From: Mobula hypostoma
Taxonomy: Eukaryota
Reading direction: 5' to 3'
NCBI RefSeq assembly: GCF_963921235.1
Contig: NC_086109.1
Location: forward strand, 1,614,001 to 1,678,000
Length of the DNA stretch: 64,000 bases
Below are positions 50,461 to 63,489 of the stretch, in pieces. A program made the position numbers and the translations under genes. The notes beneath the pieces were generated by a model. It saw nothing but the letters and a program-made list of their open reading frames with translations. It had not been told where the DNA came from and did no database searches. The stretch's first letter is position 1; each line of letters begins with the position of its first letter.

Positions 50461-51129
50461 ATATTCATACACAATCATACTCTGGTCCCTACCTCTTATC
50501 CCATATGTACCACAGACCATGATTCTCAATTGCAGATGGCCCCTCTCCATCCTTGATTTAGACCCCTAATCCCAGACTTCACTCCTATGCAACCCTAGAC
50601 TCTCATTCCTAAATCCTACAATATGTCTCTAATCCAGCTCCAGACATTCAACCATGACCATGAATTGGGACCATGAATCCCAACCACACCCCATCCCAAG
50701 ACCCTGGTCTTTAACCTAAACCTGGTCTCATAAATAATCCCAGATATAACCTCCATCCAACTGCAGGCCCTGACCTTTAATCCCAGACCCTGCTCTCTAA
50801 TTCTGAATTCACCAAAGATTCCCATACTAAATCATCTGGAATCATAATCCCTAGGTTCCCAGCAGAGAGTTTGGGTGATAATTTTCTTGTCCACTCATCA
50901 GAGTGCATCACTTCCCATCACAAAATGCAGGCACGTAGAACCCAGAACAGCAGGGTGGCATGACCCCTCCCTTACTGAACATCCCTTCTGAGTCAAGACA
51001 CTCGATAGGAGTTGAAAAAATGCTGTTTACTGGAGAAGCAATGCAGCAAATTCAAATCAAGCGTATGAGCTGCACGTTGGAAGTAAATTGAGTACACTCA
51101 ACCTGATGCCTAGCTCGTCCTCAGTTGTC

Positions 51130-51233
51130 TCAATCACAGAGCAGGGGGTTGGGAGTAGTAAGGGGATTGCCGTGGACCCAGGAGCTCGGCTGAGCAAGGG
51201 GTGCATAAGCAGTATTTCTGGAATGCTCAGCCA
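51130..51233 (-). CDS. Gene B candidate last coding exon: (V)AEHSRNTAYAPLAQPSSWVHGNPLTTPNPLLCD*
   Basis: Strong acceptor ttctcttgtctgcttcttcctcag|TG; phase 1 open; TAYAPL tyrosine motif at 51196-51213; non-repeat sequence. Confidence 0.5.
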
Positions 51234-52840
51234 CTGAGGAAGAAGCAGACAAGAGAACTTGTTTTAAGGTGATCTCCAGGAGGTACATTCAACATTGCAG
51301 TGTAGACAAGACAAAGGTGAGGTTATCTCAGCACAGACAATTACAGGTATGTGAATGCACAGATGAGGAGTGATAAAGCAGACAGGGTCTATACTCTTCA
51401 GAAGCACCAAGTGATCTCAACAAATGGTGGAACTTTTTTTTAATTCATTCACTTTTTGGGGGGTATCCTGGTGCTATCATTGTCCAGCATTTTTCTTTAT
51501 ATTTTATATATCAAATTAAACTTTATTCATAATAAATATGTTTACAAGATTAAACCATGCAATGCCCTTTCAATCTTACATTCATAGACAATGTGTTAAA
51601 TACTGCTCTATTAACCCAAGAGAATTGTTCCCACTCTCAGCCACCTTACAGTGGCTACATCAAGCTTCTGTGTGTCCCTCAGCATGAACTCCTGCAGCCT
51701 GGAACGTGCTGGCAGAACAAGTTTTGGATCACTCCAAAGGGTGTTTTCTCTGAGCTAATCTACCAGCTGCACTTGATGTCCACCTCTATGTGTCAGCCTG
51801 GGATCATCCCATAGATCAGAGATGCTTGGGATGAACTGTGACACAAGCCCTTGCATCTTTCTCCATACCTTTCTTGCAAACGCAGTCTGCAAGGAGGAGA
51901 TCGACAGCCTCATCCCCACTATAACCATCTCACAAACATCACAGAGTGAGAGTGATGCTCTAGGCATGCAGGATGGATCTGACTGGGAGAGCCTCTCTCA
52001 ACACAGGGCATGCAAGGTCTTGATGCCTGTTCCTGAGATCTGGCGATGAAGTGACCCATTGTGCTCATGTCAGCATTTCATTATCACAAGTGTTTATGCA
52101 GATGCTGGGAGGTCCAGAGCAACACATGCAAAATGCAGGAGGAACTCAGCAGGCCAGGCATCATCTATGGAAATGAATAAGCATTCAGCGCTTCAAACCC
52201 AAGGATCTCAGCCTGAATCGTCGACAGTTTATTCATTGCCATAGATGCTGCCTGAACTGCTCAGTTCCTCCAGCATATAACTGTGCTCAGCATTTATTTC
52301 CTATCCTGGCTGCCCTTGGTACCATCCCCACCTCCCCTGGGTGAGCTAATTTTCCTTGCAGTCCTTCTGGTGAAAGTGCTCCCACAGTATTACTACTGAG
52401 ATGAAGTTCCAGGACTTAGACCCAGTGATGTCAAGTCCATAAATTAATAGAAAAGTGAGTTTTGCTATTCATCAGGATCATGGCTGATCTTCTCCCACAC
52501 ATTTTCCTGCACTATCCTCGTATCCCTTGTTTCTCTGAATATGCCGAAATCCATAGATCCGTTTTGAATGCAATGACTGAGTCACTACAGCCTTCTGGGC
52601 ATTGCATTCCAAAGGTTCAACACCTCTGAGTGATGAAATTCCTCTTCATCACAGTCCAAAATAGCTTACCCCTGAGGCTGAATTGATTTCCAAGTTCAAG
52701 ATCAACACACAAAATGCTGAAAGATCTTAGCAGATCAAACAGAATCTATGGTGAGGACTAGAGAGCCCATATTTTGGGATAAAACTCTTCATCAGGACTC
52801 GCCAGGCTACTGTCTCCCACACTATCACTGACCTTCTCAC

Positions 52841-52886
52841 CTCTGGAGATTCCCTCCTCCATAGTATCTAACTTCTTTGTTTCTCC
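52841..52886 (-). CDS. Gene B possible internal cytoplasmic exon GETKKLDTMEEGISR (phase 0-1)
   Basis: catctttag|GGAGAA...CCAGAG|gtgaga; end phase fits the 51233 exon, but an unidentified phase 1-0 exon is needed upstream. Confidence 0.3.
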
Positions 52887-53722
52887 CTAAAGATGTTGGG
52901 TTGTCTGTGGGTTTGATGGTGAGGTTGGGAATAGCGTGGAGAGAGTGGAGCATGCATTCAGAGGGGGTGAGGGAATTGATAAAGCTGAGATATTTAACAT
53001 CGCATTGTGAGTTGGAGATGAAAAAATCCAAGGCTGGAAGAGGCCAGAAAGGGTTGTCTAAGAGGAGGAGGAAGAGAAGGGCTTAAGGCAAGAGAAGAGA
53101 TCATTGGGGGTGGGGAGGATTCTTGACAAATCAATAGACCTGTGATGGAGGCAACAGAAGATGGACTCAGTCATGGTGGGTGTGGAATTTGTTGATGTAT
53201 GGGTGTAAGATGAACAACGGTAGGGCCCCTGCTGAGGACAGAACATTATGTTTCAAAGATAGCAAGGCCTGATGAAGTGTCTTGGCCCAAAACATCAACT
53301 ATCTTTTCTCCCCTATGGATGCATCCATGACCTGTTGACTTCCCCCAGTATTTTGTGTGTGTATCCAGATTTCACGTATCTGTCTTATCTCCAAGCTCAG
53401 GATGCCATGTGATTTCAATGAGAACCTGCATGTGGTGTTTCCCTGTACCTCATTGATGCAAGAGATGGTAGCTTTGGGAGACACTGGGTGAGTGCATTTT
53501 ATAAATGCAAACACCACAAAACTTGTGTGTGTGGTGGAGAAAGGGAGGTCTCAGGGTGGTGGATGGGGAGCCGGTCAAGTGGTTGCTTTGTCCTGATGGT
53601 ATTGAGCTGCACTCATTCAGACAAGTGGAGGGTATTCTATCACACTCCTGGCTTTGGCCTCGTAGATGTGGGAAAGGCCTCGGGGTGTCAGGAGGTAGGT
53701 CACTCCCCACCAAACTGAGCAA

Positions 53723-54151
53723 GTCAGGGAATGTCAGGGGTAAGTGGTCAGATGTTCATGGTGGGGACTGGGAGATAGGAATGTCAGGGGGAAGTGCTCA
53801 GATGTTCATGGTGGGGACTGGGAGATGGGAATGTCAGGGGGAGGTGGTCAGAAGTTCATGGTGGGGACTGGGAGATGGGAATGTCAGGGGGAGGTGGTCA
53901 GATGTTCATGGTGGGGACTGGGAGATGGGAATGTCAGGGGGAAGTGGTCAGATGTTCATGGTGGGGACTGGGAGATGGGAATGTCAGGGGGAAGTGGTCA
54001 GATGTTCATGGTGGGGACTGGGAGATGGGAATGTCAGGGGGAAGTGGTCAGATGTTCATGGTGGGGACTGGGAAATGGGAATGTCAGGGGAAAGTGGTCA
54101 GATATTCATGGTGGGGACTGGGAGACGGGAATGTCAGAGGGAGGTGGTCAG
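53723..54151. repeat. 50-bp minisatellite (gtcagggggaagtggtcagatgttcatggtggggactgggagatgggaat), ~8.5 copies
   Basis: Direct tandem repetition at 50-bp period; lies within an old LINE RT remnant (SVLGPTTFSCFISD at ~54350-54395). Confidence 0.95.
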
Positions 54152-56399
54152 ACTCTCTCTTATTGGAGATGGTCACTGCATGGTACATGTGTGGTGTGAA
54201 TGTTACCTGTCACTTCTCAGCCTGTGTCTGACTGTTGTCCTGGGCTTACTGCATGCAGACGGGCTGCTTCACCTGCTGACGTGTGAATGGAACTGAACAT
54301 TGTGCAGTCACCAGTGAACATCCCCACTTCTGACCTCAGGATGGAGGGAAAGTCACTGATGAAGCAGCTGAATGTGGTTGGGCCCAGGACACTGTCCAAT
54401 GAACTCCTGCACTAAAATCACACCTATCTTCCTCAGTGCGAGATCTGACTCCAACCACTTGGGTATTTTGTCTTCGATGGCCATTGACTTCTATTTTACC
54501 ATGGCTCTTTGACACCCTATCAAGTTTCTTTTACAAGATTTGATAGAGTGGGCATAGGGAAGGTGTTTACCCTGGCTGGGGTGCCTAGATCTCAGAATGA
54601 GGGGTAAGTTATTCATGACAGAGTTGAGGAAAATTTTCTTCATCCAAAGGTGGGAAGCTTTGGAATATCTCCCCCAGAGGCCATGAGGGCTCATTTGTTA
54701 AGGAGATTCAGTATAGAGATCGCTTGGTTTTTGAATATTGAGGGATGTGGGTTTAGTGCAGAAGGTGGGGCTGAAGGCAATAGATCAGTTGTGATATTAG
54801 TGAATGGGACAGCAAGAATGACGGGCTGAATGGCCTTCTCCTGTTTCATTTCTTAAACTCACATTGGCAGTCCCTTATCTCTGGAAGCATGTTGAGAAAA
54901 CCTGCCACAACAGTCTCAAATGATCTTACATCTTTTCCAAAAGGTGGATCTAGGCAGGGACACATGGCTGCAGCTGGTTTATAAATGCTCACTCTCACTC
55001 CCTTGGTCTTGTACTGCTGGCCAAGCTTATAAGCTCATGGTCTAGTAGGATTCCACAATAACTTGCCTGATCTGCCCTGTCACTTTGATAATAACATGAG
55101 ACATAGGACCAGGATTATAAAATTCAAACCCTTGCTCCCGCTCCTCCATTTAATACCTGTTCTCCCACTTCCACACACATCTTAATTCCCTAAATAGCCA
55201 GAAGTAGTGACCTTTGTCCTGAAGTTCCTCAGCGATTGAGGCCCCACAGTCTCTGATGGATTGAACTCCCTTCCGGGTGAAGCAATTTCCCCTCAGTCTC
55301 ACAAATTCCACCTGTCTCATTATTGCAGTGCAACTGTGAGCTGTCCCAGCTGACTGGAATCATCATTCCTGTTGTCTACCCTAGATATATATTGGCTCCG
55401 TCTGTCTAAGTAGACAATGGATGCGCCTGGTTTAGGAACCTCTCTGGGGCGCAGACCTGGGTGATGAATATGGAGATCCTGGGCTGCCCAGACATCAAGA
55501 TTCCCCTCTCGGCCTCGCGGATGTGGTCCAAAGGAATGTGAAGCAGTACATTTGGCATCAGCTTGGCTGCAGGAGCTGCCGGGAGGTGACGTGATATGTC
55601 ATCCAACCGCCTTAGGGGCTCCACTCCGGATTTGTGCAGGGTTTAAATTTAGGATTATCAGCAGAGTCTGGAAATTTACTCTGCGCTCTATGTCCAGATC
55701 ATAAACACCATTAAGGCATGGACTCTTCACTACTGACTCCTACCCTCCACTCTGAATGACTAGTTCATACCAATCCCTGCTTTCTGCCACTAAAAAAATA
55801 AATGTTTTAGTAGCGTGGGGAAAGGGTTTAAAGATCTCACTGGAGGTGGAATGGCATGAGGACAATAACCTCCTCTTGGTCATATGAGGGGCTTCCTCTA
55901 CCCCTGTATAAAATGCTTGAGAGGAGATGAATGTCCTCTCCCAACCCCTGTGTTTCTCGGAAAAGGGAGAACGATGCTTCACACATTGCAGATACATTGA
56001 AAAGTCAGACTGGTCTGGCTAATTTTCCCTGAGACGCCCTATCAGGTCCAATGCAGTAAGGTGTACATTACCCTCTCCGCCCACCTGCACTCTACCTGCC
56101 AAAGGGCAGAACACAGCCCTCTCACCTTTCTGGATTTTCAGCAGGCGGTGGAATGACGAAGTGAGAAATAGGATATTGAGTGACTGGCGGACTGAACCAT
56201 TCTGAGGATGTGAAAAGATACATGTGAGGCACTGGACCAACACTGCAGCTGCAGAGTGATCACACTCACAGTGAGTATGTGCATTCATTCATTCTCCCTC
56301 CCTCCCTCACACACTCATTCTCCCTCCCTCCTTCACACACTCACTCACACACGATGATCACAGGGTCTCCACTCACACAGTGAGTGTGCATTCATTCTC

Positions 56400-56400
56400 C

Positions 56401-56446
<46 letters not shown>

Positions 56447-56455
56447 CACACACAT
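56400..56455. repeat. (CT)n(CA)n microsatellite
   Basis: ctctctctctcacacacacacaca... Confidence 0.9.
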
Positions 56456-56684
56456 CACAGGCTCTCTGCTTCTCACACACAGACAGTGCATACTCACACT
56501 GTCAGTCACGGGCATATGCAAGCAAGCACACATACATCCAAACTTTCATGTGCAAGAATTTGCAGAGCTACATCTCCTCGTATACAGATATTCAGATACA
56601 AACACTTGTGTGCATACACACATATGCTCACACCATCATGTAAGCATGTACATGCATGTATAAGCATAATCATGTGTAAGCATA

Positions 56685-56912
56685 CAGTACTGTGCAAAGA
56701 TCTAAGGCACATACATATAGCTACGGTATCTAAGACTTTTGGCCTGTACCTCCTATATTATGTCTTTCCAGTTACCAAACAACACTTACTACTACTGAGC
56801 TAATACAAAGCTAAGTACTCTTATTTCCTTCCTATCTTAGCCAATATACAGTACTGTGCAAACATCTTAGGCACCCTAGCTACACAGTACGTGCCTAAGA
56901 CTTTATGCTCAG
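56685..56912. mobile_element. Second degraded copy of the cagtactgtgcaaa MITE family
   Basis: cagtactgtgcaaagatctaaggcac and cagtactgtgcaaacatcttaggcac...gtgcctaagacttt. Confidence 0.6.
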
Positions 56913-57148
56913 TCATTTCACCTCATATACAAACACAGGTGTTTGCTTACGCAGGAATATCACAACCTGATATCCCTGCATAAGCACATGCACTCCCCTT
57001 TACTTGCATGTACACGTGCAACTGCATACAAACCCATAAATACACAACTGTGCACACTTTCTTATCTGCACGCAGAAGTATGCACGCACAGCCTCATGTT
57101 TGCTCAGACTTACTGATATACACACATACCCACACACCCTCATGCAAT

Positions 57149-58818
57149 CATAGAACATAGAATAGTACAGCACAGTACAGGCCCTTCGGCCCACAATGTT
57201 GTGCCGACCCTCAAACCCTGCCTCCCGTATAACACCCAACCTTGAATTCCTCCATATACCTGTCTACTAGTCTCTTAAACTTCACTAGTGTATCTGCCTC
57301 CACCACTGACTCAGGCAGTGCATTCCACGCACCAACCACTCTCTGAGTAAAAAACCTTCCTCTAATATCACCCTTGAACTTCCCACCCCTTACCTTAAAG
57401 CCATGTCCCCTTGTATTGAGCAGTGGTGCCCTGGGGAAGAGGCGCTGGCTATCTGCTCTATCAACTCCTCTTAATATCTTGTACACCTCTATCATGTCTC
57501 CTCTTATCCTCCTCCTCTCCAAAGAGTAAAGCCTTAATCTCTGATCATAATCCATACTCTCTAAATCAGGCAGCATCCTGGTAAATCTCCTCTGTACCCA
57601 ATGCTTCCACATCCTTCCTACAGTGAGGTGACCAGAACTGGACACAGTACTACAAGTGTGGCCTAACCAGAGTTTTATAGAGCTGCATCATTACATTGTG
57701 ACTCTTAAACTCTATCCCATAAGCCAACACCCATAAGCTTTCTTAATTATCCTATCTACCTGTGAGGCAACTTTCAGGGATCTGTGGACATGTACCCCCA
57801 GATCCCTCTCCTGCTCCACACTACCAAGTATCCTGCCGTTTACTTTGTACTCTGCCTTGGAGTTTGTCCTTCCAAAGTGTACCACCTCACACTTCTCCAG
57901 GTTGAATTCCATCTGCCACTTCTCAGCCCACTTCTGCATCCTATCAATGTCTCTCTGCAATCTTTGACAATCCTCTACACTATCTACAATACCACCAACC
58001 TTTGTGTCATCTGCAAACTTGCCAACCCATCCTTCTACCCCCACATCCAGGTCGTTAATAAAAAATCACGAAAAGTAGAGGTCCCAGATCAGATCCTTGT
58101 GGGACACCACTAATCACAATCCTCCAATCTGAATGTACTCCCTCCACCACCACCCTCTGCCTTCTGCAGGGAAGCCAATTCTGAATCCACCTGACCAAAT
58201 TTCCCTGGATCCCATGCCTTCTGACTTTCTGAATCAGCCTACCGTGCGGAACCTTGTCAAATGCCTTACTAGAATCCATATAGATCACATCCACTGCACT
58301 ACCCACATCTATATGCCTGGTCACCTCCTCAAAGAACTCTATCAGGCTTGTTGGACACGATCTGCCCTTCACAAAGCCATGCTAACTGTCCCTGATCAGA
58401 TCATGATTCTCTAAATGCCCATAGATCCTATCTCTAAGAATCTTTTCCAACAGCTTTCCCACCACAGGCGTAAGGCTCACTGGTCTACAATTACCCGGGC
58501 TATCCCTACTATCTTTTTTGAACAAGGGGACAACATTCGCCTCCCTCCAATCCTCCGGTACCATTCCCGTGGACAACGAGGACATAAAGATCCTAGCCAG
58601 AGGCTCAGCAATTTCTTTCCTCGCCTCGTGGAGTAGCCTGGGGAATATTCCATCAAGCCCCGGGGACTTATCCATCCTAATGTATTTTAATAACTCCAAC
58701 ACCTCCTGTCCCTTAATATCAACATGCTCCAGAACATCAACCTCACTCATATTGTCCTCACCATCATCAAGTTCCCTCTCATTGGTGAATACCGAAGAGA
58801 AGTATTCATTGAGGACCT
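57149..58818 (-). mobile_element. 5'-truncated CR1 LINE with frameshifted RT
   Basis: KSPGLDG, YMDSSKAFDKV, GVPQGS, KFADD, FFTQRVVGAWNALP in four ORF pieces; CAATCATA at 57145-57152 and 58819-58826 is a possible TSD. Confidence 0.93.
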
Positions 58819-61800
58819 CAATCATATCGACACATGCATGTACACCCTAATAAATAAATAAGCTAATTATGTTAGATTAGATTCAGAATACACACACACA
58901 ACAGACCGATTCAAATGTATACACACACACAACAGACCGATTCAAACACACACCCGCACTCCCGGGGTGGTGGGGGTGGGGGAGGGAAAGGATGGTTGGA
59001 GAGTGGACAGCTAGTTTCCTACCACCAACAAAAGAAAATCTGCAGATGTTGGAAATCCAAAGCAATGCACACAAAATGTTGCAGGATCTCAGAAGGCCAG
59101 GCAGCGTCTATGGAAAAGAGCAAACAGTCAACGTTTTGGGTCAAATGTCCTGAAGAAGGATCTTGGACAGAAATGTCAACTGTTTTCTCATTTCCATAGA
59201 TGCTGCCTGTCCTGCTGAATTATTCCAGCATTTTGTGTGTTGCTTTCCTACCAAGTTCACGTTCTTGAACTGACCTGCACAACCATCACCTTACCTCAGC
59301 ATCAATACCACCAACCTTGTCTTGCAAAGCTATGGAGTTGTCTCTACTTATGTCTTCCCCCTTTGATGTCTTGTTTTGTGTGTTTTTTTGTCACCTTGTT
59401 GAATTAATGTAAATTTATATGCTGTGTTTTCCCTGACCTTACATGCCATTTTTCTTTCTACAATAAACTTCACTCGACCCGATGAATCCACACTCAGACA
59501 CACATAAATCCACAAACTCAGACACACCTGATCTTATAGACTCACACACACTATGGACTCATGCTCCCAAAGAAAAACTTTTATCAATGCGGGGAATAGA
59601 GACATGAGGAATTAGTGATCTGTGTCTTTCTACGGGCATGAATGCTTTTTATATTTGCGATTACACAGGGAGTGCATGAGTGTGTCTCAACATCCCAGCC
59701 ATGTGGTTTGCGTACCTGTGTAAGTGTATGCTGCTGAGATTTGGGATTGGAGCAAAGTACAGAATGAGACAGAGTTAGATGCAGGTGCAGCAGTCACAAA
59801 TCGAGATGCAACAGCAGAGAGATCAGACAGTAGTAACTCCCTGTGTCTTTCACAGGCAAGTCCCAGGGTCCTCTACCCAGTGGTCGAAGAGCAGCTCCCT
59901 GAATCAGTGTCCAGGTCCAGATGAAAGGTCTCAACCCATAATGTCAACTGCCACCATTGATGCTGTCTGTCGAGCTGAGTTCCTCCAGCAGCTTTTTAAA
60001 AAAAAAAGACTGTGTATTGCATCCATTCACATCTACAATGAGCATGGCCTTCATTGTGTGACGATTCCCAAAGCCTTGACTCCAATAACCGGGAGGGATT
60101 GGAAAGCAACTCTTCCCAAATTCATCTGCCCACAGGATTTCATCTCCACCTGATGCTTGCTTCCTAAGAGCATGCAAGTTCCAATCTCAATGGGTGCAAG
60201 ACAGATGCCATCTCAGCGAAGACTAGTGTCAAACAAGCCTGTATCTCCACCCTAACCTTACCTCCCTGCTTCTTGCTGCAATGCCACGTCTTAGCTCCTT
60301 AAACTGCCTCTTCAGAATTGACAGGAATTTATTCAAGGTATGGTGACCACTCCAGGATCAATGCCATCCTGACTTCAATATCTTCAGTGTGCAGATATTG
60401 CTTGTGTTTGTGTGTACTCAGAGACTGAGCTTCGAGGCGTCATCTGCTTATTCACTGAAGTGCAAGAGGATGGGCCCACACCCAACGTTCAACCACTTGT
60501 CACACAACAGATCCAAGGTGAGACCGAGGGAAATGGAAAACTTCTTAGAAGCTACCTCTTGTTGAAGGAGAACATTGATGGTGACCTTCATCACCAGCTT
60601 CGATGCATCAGCATAGCCTCAGTTGATCATGGAATGCTTGAGGGTCAGGACCTCGGTCCTGGCTCAAGTCATAGTTACTGGGCAGCAGTGAACCCTGCCA
60701 TCCTGAGAGGCCTAGACCACCTACAGCGGGCACTGCAAGCTACTGGAGAGACCTAACCACCAGCACTGTCCCCACAAACCTTTCCCAATCCACTGGAAGG
60801 ATCACTGAACCAATACCAGTGATCCCTCCCAGTCTGACATCCCAGCACAGAGGCCCCTGTTACACCCTGTCCCATCGGACAAACAACGTAATTCAGGAGC
60901 CTGATGCCAGGCTCCTATAACACACACTCTCTGTTCCCAGCTCTATCATGGGAAGAGATCATTGGGCTGACAGAGGAAGCAACTTGAGAATGTACTCAAA
61001 GTCTCTATGAAGAAACATAACATTCCCACTGATCCTGGCCCATGGCTGCTCCAAGTGTAGTGAGAATGCTCAGGATGGGATTGGGAACCTCAGCATTGTG
61101 TATCGGGAGCACCCAGAGATCCTGCATAGATACGAGACTGCAGGTGCTGGAATCTGGAGAAAGGAAAGCAACAAAATGTTCCAGAGGAACTCAACATATT
61201 GAACAGTATCTGCGGAGGGAAAGGAACTGTTGACATTGAGATTTGCATCAATCCTTTCCCCAATAACTGCTGTTGAATCTCCTCAATTCTTCAAGCAGAT
61301 TTTTTGAGGTCCTGTGTTAATAACATTTTTTAGGTCCTAACCCCACCTCACTCGATCTACCTATCCTGTCAGCCACTTCCCTGCCTGTCTGTGGAAAAGG
61401 TCCCAGATTAGCACCAGTCGCCTCAGAATCCACAGGACCCGAGTGGAAGGGTCATTCTCGGATGCTAAGTAAAAGGAGATGCAGAATGCCACCAAGTAAA
61501 ACACTACCGAGTGAGGTACCAGGGGAGTACAAAGTACACAGAGCACGCGACACAACGCAATGCAAACAGAATGTGGAGCTTAATACAGAATAGATATAAA
61601 GCAAGGTGCAGAGTGTGATACTGTGCGATTGTGAACAAAATCCTGTACCCGGAGACTGATGCAGATTGAGATACAGAGTGTGACACCACACAGTGCGGAA
61701 CTGGGAGGTGAGAAGATTTAAATCATAGATTGTGAGGCAGTGTATCAGAGGAAGCCTCAGTGACAGAGAGATAGAAGTGAGAGTTAATGGGGAAGTAGTG

Positions 61801-61837
61801 TGAAGGAGCTGATAAACTGAGCCCTCAGGACACTCAC

Positions 61838-61975
61838 CTCGACTGCTACGAAAGAACCATCTTATGTCTCTGCACCAGTGTAAGAAGAAGCAAAGGGTCA
61901 GGAAGACTATCAGGATAAAGCCAAAGATGCCAATCACCACCAAGGCCCAGGTGGGTAAATGCTTCATATCAAACC
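61838..61975 (-). CDS. Gene B transmembrane exon of a type I membrane protein
   Basis: ttttatattccag|GG...CGAG|gtgagt; 138 nt, phase 1-1; FDMKHLPTWALVVIGIFGFILIVFLTLCFFLHWCRDIRWFFRSSR = ~23 hydrophobic residues followed by basic residues. Confidence 0.85.
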
Positions 61976-62254
61976 CTGGAATATAAAACACAAAGTGTCC
62001 TTCATTCACCCAGTGTCCAGCATTCCTCTAGCCATTACTTATTCCTAAGACCGACTCACACTATACTGGTGAGAAAGATCAAAACTCTGCTGAAGACACA
62101 GGAGACTGCAGATGCTGAAGCTGGGGAATATAAAAGTAGCTGGAAGAACCCAATAGGTTAAGTGGTATCCATGGAGGCTGGTTACATTTCGGGTTAAGAT
62201 GCTACAACAGGACGGACCTGCTGACATGTCTTCCTGCTCTGTATTTTACAACCC

Positions 62255-63165
62255 CAGGTTGAGCACCTCTTATCCGATATGCTTGGGGCAGGAAGTGTTT
62301 CAGTTTTTTTGGGGATTTTGGAATATATAGTCAAGCGAGTTTGGGATCATCATCATTTCTGACTCTGAATTTATGTACTATTGGTAAGCAGTCTGCGTCT
62401 TACACTTAATAATCACACATATGAACTTTAGACTAAAAATTACTACACATCATTTATAATGAAAACATAATGTATGCAGAGTAACAAAAAACAGCACAGC
62501 AGCATCAGGAGAATACCTGAATCGGCTGTCGAACAACAACAAACACCGGCAGGCTTTCAGTCTCCACCTGTGATGCAGTGCTTTGATTAAAAGTTTACAG
62601 TACACTCTATTTGTAATTAATTTTTTTAGGTTTTATGTAAGATATAAAAATAATCAGCACTGTAGACGTGTTCTGGTGTTAGATTTTCATCAGCAACGAT
62701 CTTTGCAAACTTGCCAATGAATTTCTCTGCTGCTTCATGCTCAGCAGATGATTTATCTTTAAAATATTTTAAATCTTTAAAAAATTTAATGCTGTACCTT
62801 TTCTTAAATTTTTTTTTTGCTAATTGCCTGTGGAGCATTCATAATTACCTTCAATTTTCAGTTTATTGTGATAGATCTTTGCTTGTTTCATGATCAGCAT
62901 ACCATTAAGCAGCATATGTTCACACTGACACTGATGAATCCACGATTGTGATCTTCATTTTTTGCTTTATGCAGTGTTTTTCTATTTTTCATTAACTTTG
63001 GTCCATTACATATGTGAGGTCACTTCTCAGAACTATCTACGGTGTGCAGAGGACTGCACATTACCCGGAAACCTTCCTTGTGGAATTTTCCATTGGCAAC
63101 ATCATGTCAGTGCTCAAAAAAATTGGATTTTGGAGGTATGGGATTTTGGAATCTTGAATAACCTG
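62255..63165 (-). mobile_element. Tigger/pogo (MER2-like) DNA transposon remnant
   Basis: Ends caggttgagcacctcttatcc ... aataacctg-TA; FKKRYSIKF...DKSSAEHEAAEKF...ENLTPEHVYSAD resembles Tigger transposase (xYNADET region). Confidence 0.75.
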
Positions 63166-63489
63166 TACTATATATTTTTTTGTCTCTCACTCTCTAGGCA
63201 TTCCTATTCACTCATTGACCAGGTAACCTTGTGTATAACTCATGCCCACGGTCACACCAGTTTTACCCCATCAGAGATTAGTAACATTAATCAAAGGTTA
63301 CAATGGGAATTCGATCAACTGGAAAAAAAAGGTAAAGGACTAGCAGATGGAATTTAACTTGTAAAAGTGTGAAGAGATGCATTTTGAGAAATTAAAACCA
63401 GGGCAATACATACATAGTGAATGGCAGAACCCTGGGAAGGGTTGCTGAAATGAGAGATGGTTTCAGGGATATTACGCTCAATGTACCTT

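Noticed and set aside
53505..54296. 263-aa ORF and overlapping ORFs
   Set aside because: Produced by the 50-bp minisatellite; the same applies to ORFs over 25113-25732
59716..61390. Other small candidate cytoplasmic exons of gene B (near 59716, 60262, 61360)
   Set aside because: Weak acceptors or ambiguous phase; cannot choose among them without transcripts
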